Shown in pieces: positions 34,841 to 50,756 of a stretch of 64,000 nt of DNA. Every line of letters begins with the position of its first letter. The stretch's first letter is position 1. The stretch is taken from NCBI GenBank assembly GCA_973895155.1, contig OZ316892.1, positions 25,443,233 through 25,507,232 on the forward strand. The letters are read 5' to 3'. Origin of the DNA: Marsupella aquatica. Lineage: Eukaryota > Plantae > Marchantiophyta. The notes beneath the pieces were generated by a model. That model was given only the letters and a program-made list of their open reading frames with translations, did no database searches and was not told the origin of the DNA. The translations under genes and the position numbers were made by a program.

Positions 34841-36465
34841 TTTCTTCGCTGCTCCCTTTATCCTTTTGTCGCTTTTTTCTTCCTTCTGTTCCGTTGACTC
34901 AAATCCAAATCACAAAAAAATATCGTTTTTTGCAACTTTCCAAAAAACTTGAAACTTATCACCGCCACGTAGCCCAAAAGCCTAGCAAGCCAACGCTGAA
35001 ATCTGAAATCAAAACCGAGTTTCAACGAAAAACTTTTTCATGTTTTGGTCGGGGTGGGTAAAATTCAAAAATTCTCCCCCATTTTGACCACCCCGGGGAA
35101 TAAAAAAATTCCAAGTACCACCCGTCGTCAGAATTGCAAAGCGAGTGGTGCACCGCATTGCTAGCTTTAGTGGCTACGTCCTCGCCAAAAAAGATCTGAA
35201 AAAAGTTACCGTTTGGACCTTGGAATCTTCAACTAAAGGTTGAAAAACAACTCTTTGTTTTTTCAGAATATTCCCCGAACTGTGCGGCAGGTCTTACAGG
35301 AGGCCATTCCCCCTGTTGGAGCGGTTAATTAGGAGGGCGGCAGGTCACCGGATCCGGGAGGCGGCACAACCAATGAGGAGCTGGGAAAGAAATTATAAAA
35401 CGGGCATAAGGGGGTTTAAGCCCCTTAACACAAAAAATACTGTCTTAAAAAAGGCGCAGTGTATAGGAGGTCAGGCAGTGTATAGGAGGAGCTACGTACG
35501 CGGAGAGGGGGCCGGGGAGGAAAAAACCGAGTTGAAATGGGTAGGGACGGAGCTGGGATGGCCTGGACGTCTGGGACGATCACGCCGGCCGCGACTTGTT
35601 ATTGCAGGGGTATTAGCGAGAAGGAGGAGGGGATCGCCGACGGGGTAATGACGGGGGTGCAAGGTTCGGGAGGGTGTGTATACACACCATGAAAAGGGCC
35701 CTATTCTAAGGCAAAATGTGCACAAAAAATAAATTTGTCGGGTTACTCACAATGCCGCTATCACTTTACACTAGAAAATGACTAGTTGTCGACGGGAAAT
35801 GTTACCGAATTGCACGGGCGCCGTCTGCAACTCCAACACTATAAATATTTCCCCCGTGCCTCGATTCCTTCACTTCAAGTGCCCATCCCTAACTTAGAAC
35901 GACCACCTCGTCGTGACCTCTCCGTTAAGCCATAGTACTTTGCGATTTGTCCCCCGAGCCAAGCGTGACTTTGAGAATCCGCTTCAGCCAAGGGCTATGT
36001 CTCCATAGCCATGGAAAAACCAGAAATGACTCCGTCACTTGTTGTGTCGCACTCGGTTCACCCTCGACAACAAACCAGCTACTGAAATGATCAGCTTTGC
36101 CCAATCTATAATTTGAGCTATAGGTTGTGACGTCTTGCGCACTGCAAAGCTCACACCGCTGAGAAAACGATCTCAGGTCCCCTAGAAAGAACCATTGAAG
36201 AAAACCGTCGAACACGAATCACAAAAAATCCAGAACAACGAAAATGTGAATTCCTCCGCACCACAAACTCCGTTCAGAGATTAATTTCTTTGCACCGTCA
36301 AAAATCCCTTGCCCCGATCTATCCGTTGAGCCCAACACCTCCAAATTCCATGCGACAAAACTCCGTGAAATCCACCAACTCTAACCGCTGGAAAAACCGT
36401 CACCAACACGTCACAAAATTTTTGATCACCTCAACGTCACCTCCCAGGCTTGCTCTGATACCAAT

Positions 36466-36797
36466 TGTTAAACTATGACGTCTTCCTTCATGACGATCCA
36501 ATCATTACTCATTCCATGCACACGTAGTCGACACAATCTCTATGTGGTTCACCTCTTCTCCAAGGCTACGTCCACACAAACACTCAAGCTTTACTTCAAG
36601 AGTAGACGAACACACATGCTCTCCCTCTTCCTCAAGTTGCTCTGTTACAATGAGTAAGCACCACACACTAGCGGCTTACACTAGCCCTGGTATATACAAG
36701 GTCACACACGACTAACCTAACCTCAGCTAAGATCCTAACTGTGGTTAGCCTAAGTGTTGTAACCTATGAGTCACAAGACTAAGAGCAATCCTTAACA
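36466..36797 (-). repeat. 5' LTR of copia-2
   Basis: Direct repeat of 20809-21140, adjacent to the PBS. Confidence 0.97.
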
Positions 36798-36809
36798 CTT
36801 ACGTATGCT

Positions 36810-37150
36810 GGCACTTTAGGTCTTGGTTTACTTAAGTCCTATGACTTGCACTGAATCCCCTTTGGGCCCTTGTGGTGTGCCTTTTAGTGGGTCTTTGTGT
36901 TCCCCTTGACTTGGCGGCTGTCTTGGGTTGGCCTGGGTCCTGGTCTTTGTCTGTTGTTGCTGGCTTGCTGCCCGGTCCTCTCTGCTGCGGCTTGTTGGGG
37001 GCCGGCGCTCTCGCCTTGTGGGGGCTCTCGGGTGCCCTGGGTTCCAGGCTTATTTTTCTCCTCCCGCTGGTTTCGCCGCGGGTGTCCTTGAATAAATTCG
37101 CACCTCGTCGCCTTCCCCCGTGAATAAATAAATAAATAAACAAAAAAACA
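36810..37150 (+). repeat. Possible 3' end of a non-LTR retroelement or SINE
   Basis: A-poor, GC/T-rich stretch ending abruptly in (AATA)4 plus an A-rich tail. Confidence 0.35.
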
Positions 37151-38509
37151 GGCTGGCCCTTGATAAGGCACATTGAAATAAAAATATATGACACCAAAAC
37201 TCTGAATAAGACAAAATGTGAAAGGTGGATTCACCATATAGCAACTTCAAAATTTTCAACACTCAACCAGGTTGCACAAGTGTTCATGAAAACTGACATG
37301 CCATCTTGGCGTCTTTCAGGTTCAAGGCGGGGTTCAAGGGTGTCAAGCAGTGTTTTTTTTAGTGGCAAAAATTAGCTAGATTCCACCTCCCCAAAAATCT
37401 TTTTGCCACTTTGGCAAAAATTTGTTAGTACTAAAAAATAAAAAAATAAAATAAAATTTGTTAGTACGATTTTGCTGTCTCATTAGCCAGTGTTCCACCT
37501 GATCCCAGGCCCCATTAGTCAGAATCTAACCGTCAGCCTTAAATCTAGGGAGATCTGACAGTCAAGAAAATACTTGAATAGTGAATCTTTTGAGCATCTT
37601 CTTCTTCGCCCACTTTACATTTGCCAGTCTGGCCGCTGCTGTCAAGTCATCAAGCCACTCAGGAAACCCATCTACAACTATATATAATATGATACCCTGC
37701 CAAATCTGGATTTTTTTTTGATCAATTGATTTGTGGCTGTTCGATATACCCTATGTTTAACTATGATAGTCAGATTCATAAAAGAAAAGGTTAAGGGGAC
37801 CATTCACAACAATGGGAGACATGCTTAAATGGGAAGGGAAGAGGAAATATAGAGGACATGTAAAATGACGCGACCATTCACAAGAGTGGGAGACATGCTT
37901 AAATGGGAAGGGAAGAGTAAATGTAGAGGACATGTAAAATGACGCATATTAAGAACAAGAATTATGTGAGTTGCTCAGTATGGCTGCGCATGTGAGGGAG
38001 GCACATAGGAAAGTGTGTCTCATCTCTAAGTTTTATTTAAATATACATCCAATTAAAATATTATTTTTGAATTTTATTAGACCTGGAAAGTGACACCACA
38101 GGGAAAGGGAGGGTGTACAGGGGTGAACAAGCAAGAAATACAAATATTACTCAAGGTGGAGCGAAGCATTCTTTAAATGTGATTATTTAATTTAGTTTTT
38201 ATAATGTGCATTTATTTACTGGTAAGCTTTAGTGTACACATGGAATCATTTGTCTTGCTTTGTGTGATTTTTAATAATTTATTTGAATTTTGAGAGCTGG
38301 TGGAGACCATGATGCCCGCCATGATGATCCCATTTGTTTGAATTGTAACTTTTTGAATTTTCATTTAAATAAGAGATGAGAAATTAGGTATTCTCACTAA
38401 GAATGGTTTGACCACTTCTCATTTTGTCCAAGAAATTAGAAAGAAAATTGATTTTTTTTCTCTTTCATTTCATTTTGTTGGGACAAGGTGATAATTTTCC
38501 CAGTCAAAG

Positions 38510-40855
38510 TCAAGCTTGCCGGTACATGTGGGCTTCAAAAGAAAGTGGAGGTGAATCTCAGCTTCAGAAGAGACGTGGTGCTAGAGACATGGTGCTGATA
38601 TATATTCTCAAAATACAAAGAAACACTGGCTAAAGTCAATTCAATTCTAGTAGACATAACTCTATGGTCATCATGTGCATGGGAAAATCTGAACACATGA
38701 TTATGATCTATGTCGGTGCTAGAGACATGGTGCTGATATATATTCTCAAAATACAAAGAAACACTGGCTAAAGTCAATTCAATTCTAGTAGACATAACTC
38801 TATGGTCATCATGTGCATGGGAAAATCTGAACACATGATTATGATCTATGTCAACTGGTATATGCAAGTTTTTTGTGATAATTTTATGGTCATCATGTGC
38901 ATGGGAAAAACTGATGACATGACTATGATGTATGTCAACTGGTACATGCAAGTTTTTTATGATAGTTTTTAAGTATTTATATTCAAAAAATATGGGCACT
39001 ATGGCCCCACCACAACATATGTACATAGAAGATGGATGTGCATAAAAAAAGACTGATGTGCACATAAAGAAGAATGGTATATTATATATGATTATTAAAA
39101 TGATGAGTTTGTCTATCATTTCATTAACCGTCAAAGAATATGAATAGAAAATATATTTTGATTATACTTTTATTATCCTCTCCACTATTCATGTTCTAAG
39201 AACGGGTAATCAGGGCTAGTTGAGCTTCACGCTGAACGTTCAAAAGAAATTCCCGGAAACTCCTATGCATGAGATGAGCACACAAATCGAATCATGACTG
39301 TAACTCTGAAAGACCAGTCAGACTTGTTGTGTCTCTTTCGAAAGACTTTTGTAATCTTACGAATTGAAAACCAAAACCAATTCTGCAGCCGTCGGTCAGA
39401 CTTCGTTTCAAAGTGACATATATATCAGGGATGTAACATATATCTCAGGGATGTACTATAGACATGATGAGTGCACTTCTAGATTTATTTTTGCTCATAA
39501 TCTTGCAAATGAATAGGGTTGGAGAAAGGTATTGTTGGGTGGGGGATGGGGACAAGAGCCGAAAACACCCTTGCCATGCAACTTCTACCTCTCCTCCCCA
39601 TCCATAACTCACTTTTTTCACACCTCCATTAATATGGAATCCCTCCACTTTTTGTCCCTAGTCCGCTTACAAAAACCAAAAAAGGCGAGCTGGATCTAAA
39701 TAATCCTAGCCTTCCATTGAAAACAATACAGTTTAATCACCGTCGAATGAAGATCCAAAAACCACCTTAACTCCCTAAACCCCCCTCAGTTTTTTTTGGT
39801 GACCCTTGATCTGCAAAACTCCATAGCTCTGGACACAATCTCCTCTAACTCCCTTTTGGTATGTTGGGTTTCTCCCACTTTGCCTTTTATCTTACTTTGA
39901 CGTCTTTGCCTTGCCTCAACATCTTTCCTTCATCTTGACATCTTGCCCTCGCCCTGGCATCTTTCCCCTCACCTTGACATCTTGCCCTCACTCTAAATGT
40001 TGCCCTCACCTCGACATCTTGCCCCTCAGCTCAAAGTCTTGCCCTCACCTCAAAATTTTGCATTCACCTCGACATCCGACCCTCACTCAAAATCTTGCCC
40101 TCATCTTGATATCTTGCCCTCACCTAGAAATCTAGCCCTACTTAACCTTGACATCTTGCCCTCACATTGACATCCAGCCCTCACTTGAAACACTTGTCCT
40201 CACCTTAACATCTTGCCCTCACTCAACATTTTTCATGTAACTCTGGGGCATAGGGCTATTTGGTAGTGATTAAAACACTCTCCAAACCTTAGAGAGACCC
40301 TTAATATACAAGAGAGACCCTTTACATTTCAGTGAAAAGTTTAAACATTGCAATCCAAGTCAATGTCGAGCTTGCCAGTACATCTGGGCTTCACAAAAAA
40401 GTGGAGGTGAATCTCGGCTTCAACAGAGACATGGTGCTAGAGACATGGTGCTGATATATAATCTCAAAATACAAAGAAACACTGGCTAAAGTCAATTCTA
40501 GTATTGTGTTGCGTGCACTGGAACTCTGATCCGGGCCCACGCATATAGACTGATTCTGCTCTAGGCCCAAGTCCAGTAACGCGCTGCCCAATTTGACACT
40601 TTGCTGACATTGAGCTTCACGCTCTAAAGAAATTCCCGGAAACTCCTATGCACGAGATGAGCGCACAGATCGAATCATGACTGTAACTCCGAAAGACCAA
40701 CTCCGAAAGACCAGTCAGACTTGTTGTGTCTCTTTCGAAAGACTTTTGTAATCCTACGAATTGAAAACCAAAATCGATTCTGCAACCGTGGGGCAGACTT
40801 CGTTTCAAAGCACCTTATATATCAGGGATGCACTATAGATATGATGAGCGCACTA
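38510..40855 (+). repeat. Local direct duplications: 38510-38640 ~ 40368-40498, 39220-39475 ~ 40610-40855, and a ~138-bp tandem pair 38577-38852
   Basis: Shared ggtgctagagacatggtgctgatatata...aaacactggctaaagtcaattc (3 copies) and gaaagaccagtcagacttgttgtgtctctttcgaaagacttttgtaatc (2 copies). Confidence 0.9.
39895..40230 (+). repeat. Degenerate ~20-bp minisatellite (cttgacatcttgccctcac)n
   Basis: About 15 imperfect tandem units. Confidence 0.85.
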
Positions 40856-41006
40856 ACTTGTATAGTGACGGGGAATCAGTGTGAGGAGAGGAGGTCTAGT
40901 CGTTCTCATCTAGACAGTGAGTAGCTTACAGTCGATGTTCGATAGAGGATAAGGAAGTAGGAAACGAATTGAAGGAGACAGGGAAGGAGATCGAGCAAGA
41001 CGCGTC

Positions 41007-42038
41007 ATGGCCATCATGAGGAAAGAACAGAGAGACATCGATGGGCTGGGACCGATTGGGATCGTCCGTGAGTCTCTCAAGGTCTTCTGCGCGCACGCCA
41101 AGGTCTTCGCCTTGATTCAGCTAGCGCTGATGTTAGAATTGGCGATCTTGTTGGTCGTAATCCAATACTTTCTCTACATGTCACTGCCGCATCCGGAGCC
41201 AGACCAGCGCTTCAATGGCCTCCGATTTCTGTATGTTCCTCGTTTCGTCAGCCACTTGCAAATCTCGGTCCATGGTTCAGTGGGTGGGCCTCTGCTGAAT
41301 GTGGTTCTGTTGGTGGTTGTCACGTCGGCCTGTTTGATCGCCTTTCAAGCAGCTCTGAGTCTCTCGCTTGCGGCCACTATCTACGCCGTGGGCCTCCACT
41401 ATGCCGGCCAGGCCGGTTCCTTCGTCGATGTAGTGCGGGCTGCCACACCCCGACTGTGGATGCGCCTTGCTCTCACCAATACTTATGCCAGTTTGATATC
41501 CATGTCCTACGCATACGTGTACACTCTAGGCAATGTACTCCTGAGACAATACAACGTCCCCAGGTTGGCGCTTGTTCAATTGGTGTTCTTGTGCTTGCTG
41601 GTGGTTGGGTCGCTCTACATTCAGATCATCTTCTCAGTTGCTGCTGGTGTGTCTGTTCTGGATGAAGACTACGGGTGGGCGTCTGTGACCAAGAGTCTTA
41701 AGCTGCTGAAAGAGAAAACGATCATAGCTCTCTTGTTTCAGGTCTTGTTTTACTTGCCGGCTGGCGTCAATTTTGGCCTCCAGTACGCACTGCATTCTCA
41801 AATCGACAAGGATGTTTATTCGCCTTGGACTCTCACGCTCTTGCTCCTTGCCGTAGTCGTGTACCTAGGTTGGACGACCTTCATCTGGCAGTTCCAAGCG
41901 TTGTCTTCAGCAGTCCAATATGTGTCGTTTAAGGCTTATCATGACGAGAGCCTTCCTGCTTCCCTTTACGAGCGAACAACGAAGGAGGGATATGAACATA
42001 TTCAAGATGACAGTAATGCGGCTCTACTTGGAGCATGA
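41007..42038 (+). CDS. Uncharacterised plant multi-pass membrane protein (343 aa, intronless)
   Basis: Clean ATG-to-stop ORF with ~6 hydrophobic segments. The LGPIGIVRESLKVF and VSVLDEDYGWASVTKS motifs resemble a widespread plant membrane-protein family. Confidence 0.8.
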   Translation: MAIMRKEQRDIDGLGPIGIVRESLKVFCAHAKVFALIQLALMLELAILLVVIQYFLYMSLPHPEPDQRFNGLRFLYVPRFVSHLQISVHGSVGGPLLNVVLLVVVTSACLIAFQAALSLSLAATIYAVGLHYAGQAGSFVDVVRAATPRLWMRLALTNTYASLISMSYAYVYTLGNVLLRQYNVPRLALVQLVFLCLLVVGSLYIQIIFSVAAGVSVLDEDYGWASVTKSLKLLKEKTIIALLFQVLFYLPAGVNFGLQYALHSQIDKDVYSPWTLTLLLLAVVVYLGWTTFIWQFQALSSAVQYVSFKAYHDESLPASLYERTTKEGYEHIQDDSNAALLGA

Positions 42039-45000
42039 CAGAAGGCAGGTCACAATACTGTGTAGCCACAGGTGTCAGGAAAAAGAAATACTCTGTTTGC
42101 TGTTTTGACTCAAGAGATAGTAGTTTGAAAAAATTCCATCCACATCGCATAGGTAGTCAAAATTTGCAAATTGAAGGACCCATTTGGGGTATGTTATATA
42201 GTTTCAAGAGAAAATTAATAAATGTCTGCTTGAGCGACCTAGTACCTGTAATTGTAATCTTCAGCAGTACTCAGAGACTGAAGAATTCCGTGAACGGATT
42301 CTTTTTGTAAAGTGGCCTAGCTAAACATATATATACAAGTATAGCAGCTGCATGAGTTCATATTTCAATTCCTTCTTAGATTTAGCAAGTCGAGTACGTG
42401 GGCGGATGGAGTGGTAGCCTTAGTTAGATCGACATAGTAGTGCTTGTACAGTACGTCGAGGGATTAATTACAAACCTAGGCAGATGGATATGATGAGTGG
42501 CCACTGAGACGACAACAATATATCATGTCCACTTCTGCAACAACTGTCTCTTTGCTCTCTCCACTCCCATCGCGGCTTTTCTGCCTCGACAGTTACTTTC
42601 TCTGAGTCTTGCTGATGCAGTGATGCTCTTTGGCGATACAGACCGCATTACTGTAGCAACTTAGCTCGTGACATCGTCAAGTAGAACAGCATTCGAAACA
42701 GGACCTGGTTTCGACTTCTGCTTGCGAAAGATTAAAGGGTTCGAGCATTCCTTCTAATTGTAGTATACACTTACTTTCAGCGAAAATTGTCTACACCTTC
42801 GGAGCAATCCGTTCCAAAGTCAAAAACTAAGAAATTATTGAGATTTTCACTAGATCTGGTGGTGGAAATTGAAACCCGGATATACCTCCACTTTTGCCTA
42901 AGGACTCCTGGTAGATTTTTGCAAGCCCTTTCTGCTCATACAGTACAAATTACAATGTGGCACCTATGAAATTTTCTAAGGTTTCTCAATTCTTAAAAAG
43001 TTATTTCTAGCTAATTCAACAAGATAAGATTATGTTGGATGTCAAAGGAAATACTAAAAGTGGCAAAGTTAGCTACTAAAAGTTCTTCAAATTGTAGAGT
43101 GTGGATAGTGAGTGATGGAGCTTACAGAATCATAACTCTCTCACTTCTTCATGAAAACTGTAGATATTAGACCCTAAACCATAGAGCTCTTTCCAAGACG
43201 CTTCTAACAAACCCAGGAGCCAATTCCACTAGAAGGGAAATATTCAAGGTCAAACTTTGTGATGAAATTGTTTTGGGAAAGAGAAGAGTGACTCCAGGAG
43301 TGACAATCAGCGACGTGTCATGGTCCATGGGGTTGCAGGGTTCACTGCTGGGTCCATGAGAGCGTCTCGTTTTGGTCTTTGTGAAGCTTGAAAACAGATT
43401 ACAATATATATAAAGCACTTTGATGTAAAACATTGATGTATCAGTGTCTAAATTGTTTTTGAAGTCAAACATGAAATTTAGGTGAAGTGTGTATGGCATT
43501 ACGCTGTAACTGGAGAGGTAAAAATATATTTTCAGTTTTTACGTCATGCCTGCTGGACAAAATATACTTGTTCCGCACCTAATTATCGAGCATGGAAAAA
43601 TAAAAGTCTACATTGGACGTCGTTCACAGCTGAAGGATGAATCTGGAACGATCATTCCATTCTCAAGGATAGATGCTATGTGGTGGTATGGTCGTTGCGA
43701 CACTAGTGCCCAAGAAGATATCATTCATTGTCAATGGCTTTGTCCTGATTCTCAAACAATATGGCTATGGATTGCGAAAGGTTTACAGTGTGCATTACCT
43801 CGTACTTGTTCTGTTCGATTCGCAGCGGTTAATGCAATCCTAGGGGCTCCGATATCAGTAAGTAAATATGAGGGGATTCCCTAGTAAACTATAGCAAATT
43901 TTGAGAGGCATAACAAACTGGCAGATCTGGAAGGTGAGATGTAAATTGGAGAAAGAGGAGGTGCGTGTGGAGACAATAAGGATTCAAATCAAAATTTGGT
44001 GTGAGCTTCAATTACATATGAAGATGGCGCGGCAGCAAGGTCTGACGCGGATGGCTTCACATGGTAGAGGCAAAGAGGAATTGGTCGGCCAGATGGGTCG
44101 TGATTCTGGCTGTGAAGGTGGTCTGTATAAGATCAAAGACGGCATGTTCTTAGTCGACTACAAACCTCTGTGGTTGTTTGATCCTCCTTGAAGGGTTGAT
44201 GTTATGTTCTGCCCAGTTTCACTTTTGTTGTATCCTATGAACCTTGGGTGCTAGTTAGGCTTTGTTTTTGCTTGCAGGTGGTTAATCCGTTACGGGTTTT
44301 AGTCCTGGAACATTTGCTCAAATTAAGCCATCACTATTAATTTTCTCTCATTGTTCTTTTGGGCTGAGTCAGCCCTCAGCGTTGCGGTTGTGTGTAGTTT
44401 GCTTTTCTTGTGGGTCACATATTGTCACTTTTCACTGTTTGTCCTGTTTTGGCTGTCGTCATGACTGAACCTGATTGGTCTTTGGGTGACTTTCTGTCCT
44501 TGGTCTTTTTGGAATCTGGCCAGGCCTTGTTTTATTGGATTTTACTTTTCACAAGAATAAAGTGCTCGTTTGAAGAAAAACATATGAATAATATATAGAT
44601 CTAAGCATAGAGCCTAATCCAAAGCTACTCCCAAGACCTAGTGTTCAAAGTGAACCTCTCAAGTGCCTCTAACTGAGTACATAATTGACAGAGAAGGTGG
44701 GGACAAAAAAGGGATGAGGGCAAGGGACTTGGGCAAAGATGAACATGAAATAGCATCCAATCATTTTTTGTGCAAAGGTTTTTTTTAGACATTTTACAAG
44801 TAAATTGCAATTGAAATCTACTCTTTAGGGCTACAGTCTAGAGTGAAGCTTTTAAACCATGACAGGGGAAAGTTGACAAGGGGGCAGTGGGGTGAGTATG
44901 CATAGTGCCTAAGGATTGAATGCAAGTTTGTGAACTAGTTGGATGGAATACTAGTGGTTGAACACAACCAGTGCATATTGACATTCTAACCAGGACATTG

Positions 45001-45423
45001 AAGAGTAGCTAGTGCTATGGACCTGGTGATGCAACTGTGGGTGCTGGCAACCTGGGGGATGTGTGAGAGAGTGACAACCTGGGAATGCATGAAAGATGTA
45101 CTTTTTTGTCCTCACCCCTTTTCACATTGAACAAATGGGACTTAGGCTAGTCATCTTTCCTTACATTCAAGGAATGGGTGATCAGGTTAGTTAACTGTAT
45201 TTTGCAATCCATTTGTGTTGCTTGGCCTAGTGTCTGTATATATATCCTTCTAGTGTCTGTTTATGGAAAGCTACTCCCTAACGCCTAGTTTCTATATATA
45301 GCTACTCCTTGGTCTAGAGTTTGAGTTGCTTGGCCTAGTGTCTATATATCTCCTTCTAGTGTCTATTTATGGAAAGCTACTCCTTGGTCTAGAGTTTATT
45401 CTTGGTATAGAGTGAAGCCTCTA

Positions 45424-45598
45424 GACCTTGACCTTAACTAAGGGCATAAGTGAAAATTAACTTCGAGATGAAAGATAAGGAATGCCACAACATGACAACG
45501 CTAAAGAGAAGACCTTGACCTTAACTAAGGGCATAAGTGAAAATTAACTTCGAGATGCAAGATAAGGAATGCCACAACATGACAACGCTAAAGAGAAA
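45424..45598 (+). repeat. ~87-bp tandem duplication, with further short duplications at 45220-45410
   Basis: gaccttgaccttaactaagggcataagtg...gacaacgctaaagagaa occurs twice. Confidence 0.9.
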
Positions 45599-46726
45599 AT
45601 ACAGGTGAAGAAAGAAAACTGCAACCGGCATGGAAATTTTCTTTTCACAAGTTCTTTTTTATCTCATCTTTCTATGTCAGTTGGGTAAACAGGCTACTTG
45701 TACAAGTTACAGATGGTATAAGTTCTCACCTAGGTAGCAGTGAAGATTATAATTTGGTAAATTACCACTTCTTGAATATTCCCCATGCTTTTTACTATAG
45801 ATTTTATTATTATAAAATTATGTCGTACAACTTGTGCAGATTGCTCCGTTAGCAAGAACTGGCCTTACAATGAGTTTCCAAATCAGTTTTAAAGCACGTC
45901 GAAGCACGTCCATTCGTCCCAAGTTACACTACTCTTCGAGTATCTATGACTCTTCGAGGACTCCATTCGTACACTATTCTCGGAGATTTAATCTGTAGCT
46001 TAAGATGTTCACAGCAATCGTGGCCTTGTTCCACACCGTCCCTTTCCTCGTTTAATAATCGCGGAATCATCTCCTTGAACATCCACATACTTCAGTACAA
46101 TAAGCTGGATCAAAAAATTCATCACAAGGGAAAAAAGAACACTTTCGCAGCACTTCTATGCGGAGAAAAGTTCGAATTTCTCGTTCATAGCGAGACATCA
46201 CGATGATTTGACGGACATTTAAGTAGGTTTGCTTTCTCGTTCATAGCGAGACATCTCGAAGATTTGACGGACATTTAAGTAGGTTTCCAGCTATCTCAAT
46301 CATCCATCTAATTAGTAACAGTTCAATTTACGCCCTTCACTGCAGTCTTAGTCCAAAAATGATGAACGACACTTTTCAACGACAAGTAGTCGCGAGGCAA
46401 TACCTTCCGAATGAAAATTCATTGAGTGGACACTTCGTCACAGGAAACACCTTCCGCATGAAATTTCATGGTATTTTGCAATTGATCGACGTATGATATG
46501 CTGTACAAGTCAACAAGACAATTTTGTGGCTATATGTACACATTTACAGATCTTCCCACTATACTGCCCTACTGCAGTCGTAGACGAGCTGCTGAACAAA
46601 GCTTGGAACTGAACTACGCCAATTCTACATCGACCGAATATGCAAGTGGGCTATTTTACTAGCTGCTCATGATGATGGGCAGCTCCATTCTCAGGTATCT
46701 TCGATATCGTGTCGAAGAGCATTGCT

Positions 46727-48379
<1,653 letters not shown>

Positions 48380-50756
48380 AGCTGAAAGCTCTGCCTCCTC
48401 CTTTCGATGCAGGTTTTCGCACTCCTTTGTGAAGCTTCTGTACTTCTGCGGAGGAAGCCCGTCCCTTAAAAGGAGAAAAAGAACGGCGATCGGACGGCAC
48501 AGTGATCGGTGCCGTGCAAGAGACGACGGCGACCGTCGACAAGCAAGGCGCAAAGCCCTCCCTCGTCGCGTACTTTTCTATGCTCCCCGTCATCGCCCCC
48601 GAGTTTCGGGCTCTAATCGGACGGCCCTGAGACCAAGATGGGCCGAATCTGGCTCCGATTGGTTGGGCGCCGCTAGGATTCAGATCCATTGTACGGCTCT
48701 CCAGAGATTCTCTCCTAGAGAAAGTAACATGGTGGGCCCCTGTATTTGCCGTGTCTCGCTGATCGCCCTTCAAACTCCCAAACAGCGCTCGATACAACGC
48801 CGGGTCTCGTTACAAGGACTCGTCGCCGAGGACGGGAGTGGAGTACGCTTCACGGTAACGCGAGCTGCGGGTTTCAGTGGAGCGCTAGACTTATATTCCC
48901 TCTCTGATTTTTTCTTACTTTCCAGTTTCCACCTTTTTTCGCGGTCGAAAGATTCCGCACTCCTCGTAACTTTCTAAAACGGAAACTGACTTTTTCGGTG
49001 CTCCAAACCAGTGATCACTTGTTTCTACATTCCTCAAACAGTCCTAGGCCAGTTTTGAGCCTGGCGGACTTTCAAGGGACGACGAATCTTGTGATGTCTT
49101 GCTCATACGTATTTTTATACTCAGTACGAGTATACAGTATTAGTTTTTATTCGACTACAGTACGGTACGGTTTGTAGTACGCCCGGACACATGCATCTTG
49201 CCATGTTTCTCTAGTGGATAAACTTTCGCTAACTGCTGGATAAAGACTGACAACACCGATTTCTGAGGGATGGATGTGTGATTCCTAACTTAGTCCGGTG
49301 GATAAAACCCTGAAAACTCGGTGGGAGAGTGGGCGAGGTCCAAAGCTGTGGCGTGCACACTTTATATCAAGTTGGGCGATTCTCTGTGTTGGTGCATGAT
49401 TATTGTTTCTGTGGCTTGGGTTAATTTTCGTCTGCACCGTGTAGTTCTTACCACCACAGGTCCCAATGGCCTGCTTGGAGTCGGGAGTGCAAGATCGACG
49501 CTGGAAATCGTCCTGCTGATTGGGAGAGCTCTCGTATCCGTCGATGGCCTAGTCAGATGCATGTACCCGTATGAGAAAGAACCTGGACGAAAATATCGGC
49601 AGGTTTCAGAGACAAAATAATACAATTCTAAAGGGTAGTCTTATCTATACGATTACTGTACAGTGGTCTCTCTACAAGTACACAATCCGTAAGTGCGAAC
49701 CTTGGCGAATTGCAAGGTGTATCATTTTTCCCTTCCTTTCTGCGTAAGTGCAAAGAGGCCCCCAAAAAATTCACTACCAATTATATAAAGTCCCAGCCCT
49801 TGGTAAGTGTACATGAACACTTATCATAAGCTGCTTTGTATTCTATACATTTTTAATTAATTTTTAGACCCCTTTAGTTTTAGGTATTCTAGATGTTTTA
49901 AACTTATTTTGGCAGCCCTCTTTCACAATATGTGTTTTCTTCGAGATGAAACCAAAGGCTCCACCACCACTAGTGAGAAAAATGATGCTGAAGAACATGA
50001 ATGCATAGCCTCTTAAGTTCTCCTCATGTTTTTCTTTCCTAGGTTTATGGTTTTTATTGAAAGGAGTGTCATTCATAAGGCACCTTGAGTTAAGTGCACA
50101 CATAGTAGCATCGTTTGACTGTATCTTTTCTTGGTCACTGTGCTTTTCTTGGCAGACATTTTACTTATATAACAGCACTTCTATGCTTTCATATTTTATT
50201 TACTTTCATATCACTACAAGACAAAAAATAAACCATGTTCCAGGATGAGCATGTTATATCAATAAGAGCATGATTCCATGAATTTGTATACTTGCTCTTA
50301 GTGCCTGGCAATTTTTTGTAGGCTAAACATTGCACTTATGGGGTAGGGGATCACGGTTTTGGGCATGGATGTACAACTTAGGGTGAGAAGCCCATTGCTC
50401 GTGGAGGCACTATAGGTCTTATAGATAATTGTACAATTCCATTTATTTACACATGTCATATTACTGCAAACTCACAGTAAGTGCACACCAGATGTTTTCT
50501 CCAGGAGTGTGCACTTAGAGAGAGATGACTGTATGGGTTTAGGGTACATACAAAAGCTAAGTCGGGATGGACCTTCCATGGACTTACCCAACTCAGATGG
50601 ACCTCCTTTCTTGCTAAGGGATCACTTGCATGATGCTGTTTACACTAGTGACAGAAAAATGATGTGTAAAGCCATTGACAGTCGTTGTGGTCTGTATTCT
50701 GTCTCTCTCAGCCAAATATAACCATTCATCTGACCAGGTTACACTCTGTTGTAACG

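Larger units (their letters stand above)
20809..36797 (-). mobile_element. Ty1/copia LTR retrotransposon (copia-2), related to copia-1, interrupted by a DNA transposon
   Basis: 332-bp TG...CA LTRs with 12 differences by manual comparison; TSD CTTAC (20804-20808 and 36798-36802); PBS TGGTATCAGAGC at 36452-36463. Confidence 0.97.

Noticed and set aside
38535-39134. 199-aa His-rich ORF
   Set aside because: Produced by tandem duplications in AT-rich DNA; non-ATG start and no family motifs.
39895-40230. CRISPR-like periodic repeats (also 13529-13880)
   Set aside because: Contiguous degenerate units without unique spacers, no cas genes, and a eukaryotic context.
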